Assembly (NCBI GenBank): GCA_041743205.1 | Contig: JBGTNF010000149.1 | Location: 1-40,647, forward strand | Source of the DNA: Thermomicrobiales bacterium | Lineage (GTDB): Bacteria; Chloroflexota; Chloroflexia; Thermomicrobiales; UBA6265 | Length of the DNA stretch: 40,647 nucleotides | Direction: 5' to 3' | Program-made: the position numbers and the translations under genes | Notes under the pieces: model-generated | What the model was told of the DNA's origin: nothing | Seen by the model: only the letters and a program-made list of their open reading frames with translations | Databases searched by the model: none | Part shown: piece by piece, positions 36,644 through 40,647 of the stretch | Layout: every line of letters begins with the position of its first letter | Position numbering within the stretch: the stretch's first letter is position 1

Positions 36644-37647
36644 GGCAATCGCCGCCATTCCGTCGCCAGGTCGCGAAGCGCCCGGAGGCGATCCTCGTGG
36701 GCCGGCACGCGGATCGTCACCATCACCTCATCCGCGTTCGCTTCGTGCGCGAGGGTTTGGATGTCCGCCGCGACAGTCGGGGCATCGCCGACGAACGTGT
36801 TGGCCATGAACTGTGATATCTGCATCCGCTGCAGCTCGCCGAGCGGGTTCGCCAGCGCCTCGTCGAGCGTCGGCAACGGTCGTTGCTGGCCGGTGATCAG
36901 CTGGTAGGTGGCGATCTCCACCACCTTGAGCAGCTGGGCCGCGTGCTCCATCGTTTCGCCGATTACGACGGAGCACGCCAGGATGCCGTAGGGTCGGTCG
37001 TACCAGTTGGACGACTGGAATCCTTCCCGATACGTCTGAAGCGCCGGCGCCGCCGCCGACCGGTTGATGTGCGAGGCGAAGGAAAAACCGAGTCCGACCT
37101 GCGCCGCGAGGTGCCCGCTGAAACCGCTCGAACCCAGCAGGAACACGGGCGGAAGATCGATGTCCGCCGGGATCGCCACGATCGACCTGGTGGACGTGGC
37201 GTCTCGCTGGCTGTCGTAACCCAGTAGCTCCATCAGGCGCTCGGGGTAATCGTCCGCTTGCAGAGCTTCCGGCGTACGTCGAAGGGCCAGGGCGGTGCGC
37301 TGGTCCGTGCCGGGGGCCCGGCCCAGGCCAAGGTCGATCCGGCCTGGATAGAGCGCGTTCAGGAGCTTGAAGACTTCCGCGATCTTGAGCGGGGCGTGGT
37401 TCGGCAGCATCACGCCGCCCGAGCCGACCCGGATCGTGGACGTGACCGCTGCCACGTGCTGGATCATCACCTCCGGCGCGGCGGTCGCCAGGGCGCGGCT
37501 GTTGTGGTGTTCGGCAAACCAGTACCGCCGATACCCCAACGACTCCGCCGCCTGGGCCAGCGCTACGGATTCGGCGACGGCGCCGGCGGAATTGACGCCG
37601 GACTGCATCGGAACGAGATCGAGAACCGAAAGGGGAACGGCGTTCAT
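36640..37647 (-). CDS. LLM-class flavin-dependent oxidoreductase (luciferase family, YhbW-like)
   Basis: The N-terminus is LSVLDLVP. Other segments are YRRYWFAEHH, GSGGVMLPNH and LGLGRAPGTD. The stop overlaps the convergent aminotransferase stop region by 4 nt. Confidence 0.85.
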   Translation of the reverse strand: MNAVPLSVLDLVPMQSGVNSAGAVAESVALAQAAESLGYRRYWFAEHHNSRALATAAPEVMIQHVAAVTSTIRVGSGGVMLPNHAPLKIAEVFKLLNALYPGRIDLGLGRAPGTDQRTALALRRTPEALQADDYPERLMELLGYDSQRDATSTRSIVAIPADIDLPPVFLLGSSGFSGHLAAQVGLGFSFASHINRSAAAPALQTYREGFQSSNWYDRPYGILACSVVIGETMEHAAQLLKVVEIATYQLITGQQRPLPTLDEALANPLGELQRMQISQFMANTFVGDAPTVAADIQTLAHEANADEVMVTIRVPAHEDRLRALRDLATEWRRLP

Positions 37648-37692
37648 GCGCGAAGCCTTGTGGTATCTGGGTTAATTCCAGGGCCAGTCGAA

Positions 37693-38079
37693 TCAGGACG
37701 CGTTCGACTGCCCGGACTCTTTCAACCGGACATCATCCAGCAGCTGCTTCCCAAGCAGGAAACCGGTGAAGGGCGGGATCGATTCGACGAAGGAAAGAAT
37801 CGTGCGTCTGATCGGCCAGCGCTCCTGGAAGTGGGTGATGAGCAGCAGCGCGGCGAAGACGATGAACAACATCCCGTGAATCGGACCCATCAGGGAAACG
37901 CCCGCCTCGTTGTCGAATCCGTATTTCAGGACCATGCCCAGCAGGAGACCGAGCCACGAGACGGCCTCCGCAAACGCGACGATCATCAGGGCCTTGAGCG
38001 CATTCACGTAATCAACCTGCTTTCCGAGATCCAACCGGAACCTGGAGCGACCGCCGACAATGAGCGTGACCGTCAACAT
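37693..38079 (-). CDS. DUF3817-like small integral membrane protein
   Basis: This is the inner part of ORF 37693..38304. Family-like segments are ALKALMIVAFAEAVSWLGLL, LKYGFDNEAGVSLMGPIHGMLFIVF, W, and IPPFTGF. The csp terminator hairpin at 38164-38195 lies inside the listed N-terminal extension, so the start must be at or below 38079. Alternatives are TTG 38034 and GTG 38007. Confidence 0.65.
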   Translation of the reverse strand: MLTVTLIVGGRSRFRLDLGKQVDYVNALKALMIVAFAEAVSWLGLLLGMVLKYGFDNEAGVSLMGPIHGMLFIVFAALLLITHFQERWPIRRTILSFVESIPPFTGFLLGKQLLDDVRLKESGQSNAS

Positions 38080-38163
38080 TGACCATAGCACCCGACACGT
38101 TCCGGACGATCGGCAATTGGCGCAGCTGCGGCGCCCTTGCCGGATTGGACATGCGGCGCACGC

Positions 38164-38195
38164 AAAAACAGCCGGCCCCGTGAGGGGCCGGCTGT
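38164..38195 (-). terminator. Rho-independent terminator of the tandem cold-shock gene
   Basis: On the minus strand the sequence is ACAGCCGGCCCC-TCAC-GGGGCCGGCTGT, a 12-bp stem, followed by TTTTT. It begins 15 nt after the stop at 38210. Confidence 0.8.
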
Positions 38196-38209
38196 TCCAG
38201 ATTGCGGTC

Positions 38210-38695
38210 CTACTGGTCCAGCAGGCGAATCTGCTCGGCGCGCGGACCCTTCGGGCCCTCACCAAGTCGGAATTCGATGTGATCGCCCTGGTAGACGCGG
38301 GCACCGTTCAGCGCGGACTGATGGAAGAACACATCGGCTCCGCCATTGTCCTGCTTGATGAAACCGAAGCCCTTGAGATCGTCGAAACGATCCACAACGC
38401 CCGAAACGAGCGGCAGGGACGACGGGTCGATGTCTGATTCGAAACCGCCACGTCGGCCGCCGCCATCCGGCGCGCGCTGCGGGCGCGGGTTCGGGTTGGA
38501 CTCCAGAACCGTCACGGAATCAGCAGCCGGTCCCTTGGGACCCATGCCTACGGTGAACTCGACGCGGTCGCCCTCGCCGACAGTCTGATATCCGACGGCG
38601 GAACGGTGAACGAAGAGATCCTCTTCGCCGCCATCACGCTCAATAAAACCGAATCCCTTTTCAGGGTTGTACCACTTGACTGTTCCCGTAGGCAT
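38210..38695 (-). CDS. Cold-shock protein with two tandem cold-shock domains
   Basis: This is the inner part of ORF 38210..38833. ATG 38695 has GAGGAAG upstream. CSD1 is [34 protein letters not shown]2 is [31 protein letters not shown]. The two are joined by the Pro/Arg/Gly-rich linker [20 protein letters not shown]. Confidence 0.88.
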   Translation of the reverse strand: MPTGTVKWYNPEKGFGFIERDGGEEDLFVHRSAVGYQTVGEGDRVEFTVGMGPKGPAADSVTVLESNPNPRPQRAPDGGGRRGGFESDIDPSSLPLVSGVVDRFDDLKGFGFIKQDNGGADVFFHQSALNGARVYQGDHIEFRLGEGPKGPRAEQIRLLDQ

Positions 38696-38786
38696 CGTGC
38701 TGTGCTTCCTCGTGTTGCCTGATTGTCGGCGCACCAAATCGACTCTGTAAATCCCGACAAACTCAGTTTGCGCGGAGTGCATGATC

Positions 38787-38815
38787 AACGTAACACGCAC
38801 GACACCGGTTGTCCA
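38787..38815 (-). promoter_or_regulatory. Candidate sigma-70-type promoter for the cold-shock gene
   Basis: On the minus strand the pattern is TGGACA-N17-TACGTT. It would give a leader of roughly 85-95 nt, in line with the long 5' UTRs of csp genes. This is pattern match only. Confidence 0.3.
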
Positions 38816-38929
38816 CTTTTCCAGGATTCGCAATTGCCGAGCCGCCGGCGTTCGCCTCCCGGTCTATCGGCGGCACGCGGCCAGGCCGGCAGGCGCTGGA
38901 TCTGCCGGACAATAAACCGTTCCTGGCCC

Positions 38930-39555
38930 TCATCCGCAGGTGAACGCCCTCGCCCGAATTTTCTCGATCACCTTCGTCTTGGCGTCAGCGTAGTGCTGAA
39001 CATTTTCCCGGCCACGCGTCTCCAGCTCCAGCTTGGTCCGTTCGCAGAGCTAACGGTCGGCCGGGTTCTCACAAAGCCAGTCCCGGAAGGAGCGGTGACC
39101 TTCGATTTCCCCGGATCCGTGGGACCGGACGTGGAGGTTGACGTCGGTATCCGGACCCTTGAACACCCGGTGCGCTTCGGCGCCGTGGAATGGTGAATCC
39201 TCGGTGTCAGCCGGTTCGCTGGTGCGCAGGACGTACCCCGCCGCCTCGAGGTCCGGCGCCAAGGCGTCGTCGTCAGCGCAATCGATGACGACGAGCATGA
39301 TGTCGATGATTGGCTTGGCGGCGAGTCCGGGCACGGACGTGGACCCGATGTGTTTGATCGACAAGGCACGCGATCCGATCGTGGGCGCGTTGACGAGCAA
39401 ACGTCCAAAAGGGGTCATCGGTGACACGGCGTGGGTCCCTAGCGAAAGTTGGAAGGCAGTCGGCCATGATACCGAACGAGAGCCGGGCCCGGCAGGTCCG
39501 CCAGCGCCGCCAGGGCCGCCAGTTCGGCGTATGAGTTTGGTGCCTGGCACGACAT
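38930..39555 (-). pseudogene. GrpB/UPF0157-family gene inactivated by a frameshift and an in-frame TAG
   Basis: The core is IKHIGSTSVPGLAAKPIIDIMLVV...NLHVRSHGS...FRDWLCENPADR, then TAG (39050-39052), then LCERTKLELETRGRENVQHYADAKTKVIEKI in the same frame to TGA 38930-38932. Upstream, ...ALVRYH is in one frame and WPTAFQ in another. The junction near 39465-39470 falls exactly at the family's YDPxWPxxF position. Confidence 0.55.
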
Positions 39556-39645
39556 ATCCCCTTGGACTCAAAAATGGCAGCGAATCTGCAACGGCGGTCG
39601 GGGCGGAAGTGGGGCTGGCTCGGACGCGAAGGCCTAGAGCGGTTC

Positions 39646-40338
39646 TCATGATGGTTGCTCGTCCGGCTCGGGGAGGGGAAAGCCGCAATGGTCGTAGTAG
39701 CCCCGGATGTCGGCGGTCGTGATCCGGTCCAGCCCCGTCCCGATCGCCGTCAGCACCGTCTCGTACGAGCGAGCCGCCGCCCCGCGCAGATGCGTCTTGA
39801 GCTTGCTGAAGGCGAGCTCGATCGGGTTGAAGTCCGGCGAGTAGGGCGGGAGGTAGCGCAGGTGACACCCGGCCCCCTCGATCACTGGCCGCACGTCGGC
39901 GTTGCGGTGGACGGCGAGGTTGTCGAGGACGACCGTCGTGCCCGGCGCCAGGGTCGGGACCAGCCACTCCCGGAGCCATTTCACGAACAGATCACTGGTC
40001 ACGGCGCCTTCGAAGACGCAGGGGGCGTGCGTGCCGGTGGGGCCGAGTGCGACGAGGCAGGTGATGTTCGGGCCGTGATTGCGGGGCACCGCGCCGATCA
40101 CCCGTTCTCCACGTGGAGCCCGGCCGCGGGCGCGGGTCATGACGGTCTGGGTGCTGGTTTCATCGAGAAACACGACGGTCTCGGCATCGACGTCGGCCAT
40201 GTCGTCCCGCCAGGCGGCGCGGGCGGTCTCGTCGCGTTCGGTGGCGATCAGCGTCTTTTTTTGAGCGGCAGCCCGAGCCGGAGCAGCGCCCGGCTCATCG
40301 TCGAGAGGCCAACGGCGACGTGGCCGGCGGCGGACCAC
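39646..40338 (-). CDS. IS630 transposase OrfB (DDE catalytic part), expressed as an OrfAB fusion by a -1 shift at the A7 run
   Basis: The -1 frame after the A7 run reads KKTLIATERDE... The catalytic residues lie in VVFLDETS, VVLDNLAVH and NPIE, with DD35E-like spacing by my count of D to E. The part upstream of 40262 in this frame is probably not translated on its own. Confidence 0.75.
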   Translation of the reverse strand: MVRRRPRRRWPLDDEPGAAPARAAAQKKTLIATERDETARAAWRDDMADVDAETVVFLDETSTQTVMTRARGRAPRGERVIGAVPRNHGPNITCLVALGPTGTHAPCVFEGAVTSDLFVKWLREWLVPTLAPGTTVVLDNLAVHRNADVRPVIEGAGCHLRYLPPYSPDFNPIELAFSKLKTHLRGAAARSYETVLTAIGTGLDRITTADIRGYYDHCGFPLPEPDEQPS

Positions 40339-40601
40339 TGGGCGCAGTGCTCGGCGAGGGTGGCGTCGGGCGTGGCGGCCACCTGGGCCCGAAGCGCCGG
40401 TTCGTCGTCCGGGGTGATCTTGCGCGGACCGCCGGTCGAGACGCCGGGAGTGAGCGAGACCCCGGCGGCCTGTTTGGCCTTCCAGCGCCCGAGGCTGCTG
40501 GGACTGACGCCGGTGGTGCGCGCGATCTCGGCCGCCGCCAAGCCCGACGCCCAGGCCTGCAGCAGTCGTTCACGGAGATCGCGGGAGTAGCCTCGTGCCA
40601 T
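40248..40601 (-). CDS. IS630 transposase OrfA (helix-turn-helix part)
   Basis: ATG 40601 begins MARGYSRDLRERLLQAWASGLAAAEIARTTGVSPSSLGRWKAK... The ORF ends ...LGLPLKKRR with a stop just after the A7 run (40256-40262). Confidence 0.75.
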   Translation of the reverse strand: MARGYSRDLRERLLQAWASGLAAAEIARTTGVSPSSLGRWKAKQAAGVSLTPGVSTGGPRKITPDDEPALRAQVAATPDATLAEHCAQWSAAGHVAVGLSTMSRALLRLGLPLKKRR

Positions 40602-40647
40602 GCGCGAACTGTGCCACACCGTCAATCAACCTGACAACCGCTCTAGT

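Larger units (their letters stand above)
39635..40645 (-). mobile_element. Complete IS630-family insertion sequence with TA target duplication
   Basis: The imperfect terminal inverted repeats are (TA)GAGCGGTTCTCATGATGGTTG on the left and (TA)GAGCGGTTGTCAGGTTGATTG as the reverse complement of the right end. TA dinucleotides flank the element at 39635-36 and 40644-45. It encodes an HTH OrfA and a DDE OrfB linked by an A7 run. Confidence 0.8.

Noticed and set aside
39050-39052. The in-frame TAG in the GrpB gene as pyrrolysine or programmed read-through
   Set aside because: No pyl genes or recoding signals are visible. A second lesion, the frameshift near 39467, affects the same gene, so pseudogenisation is the simpler reading.
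39050-39979. 309-aa minus-strand ORF spanning the GrpB remnant and the left end of the IS630 element
   Set aside because: It crosses the IS terminal inverted repeat, and its N-terminal 180 residues are Arg/Pro/Gly-rich antisense or out-of-frame sequence. Only the GrpB-like part is meaningful.

Overview
This is a high-GC bacterial chromosomal segment. My guess is Chloroflexota or Actinomycetota, from composition and gene content only. It is densely packed with ordinary metabolic, transport and signalling genes on both strands.

I support about 35 protein-coding genes:
- Sugar and central metabolism: Gfo/Idh/MocA oxidoreductase, sugar-phosphate isomerase, pgi, eda, hyi.
- Cofactor, redox and salvage: nadA-bcp, upp, two luciferase-like oxidoreductases.
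- Three PLP aminotransferases and pepF.
- Signalling: a Hanks-type Ser/Thr kinase next to an OmpR/histidine-kinase pair.
- Transport: an ABC-2 exporter operon, a BMP-family nucleoside-type ABC importer and an AI-2E transporter.

There is also one decayed GrpB pseudogene and one complete IS630-family element at the right edge. I found no rRNA, tRNA or CRISPR array.

Many long ORFs in the supplied track are antisense artefacts typical of high-GC DNA, and several real genes start well inside the listed ORFs.

I found no convincing defence, secretion or biosynthetic island. The things I think deserve a second look are:
- A GTAG-headed REP/BIME-like hairpin repeat superfamily with compensatory stem changes. 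It occupies many intergenic gaps, including two intra-operon positions.
- A divergently transcribed pair at the left edge: a membrane coiled-coil protein and an atypical kinase-like protein with a roughly six-fold helical repeat.
- A single polypeptide with two cold-shock domains.
- A YflT/PRC-barrel fusion translationally coupled to the AI-2E transporter.
- Several small ORFs, including a 59-aa ORF below the track threshold.

All functional calls rest on motif and family recognition by eye. No database search was possible.
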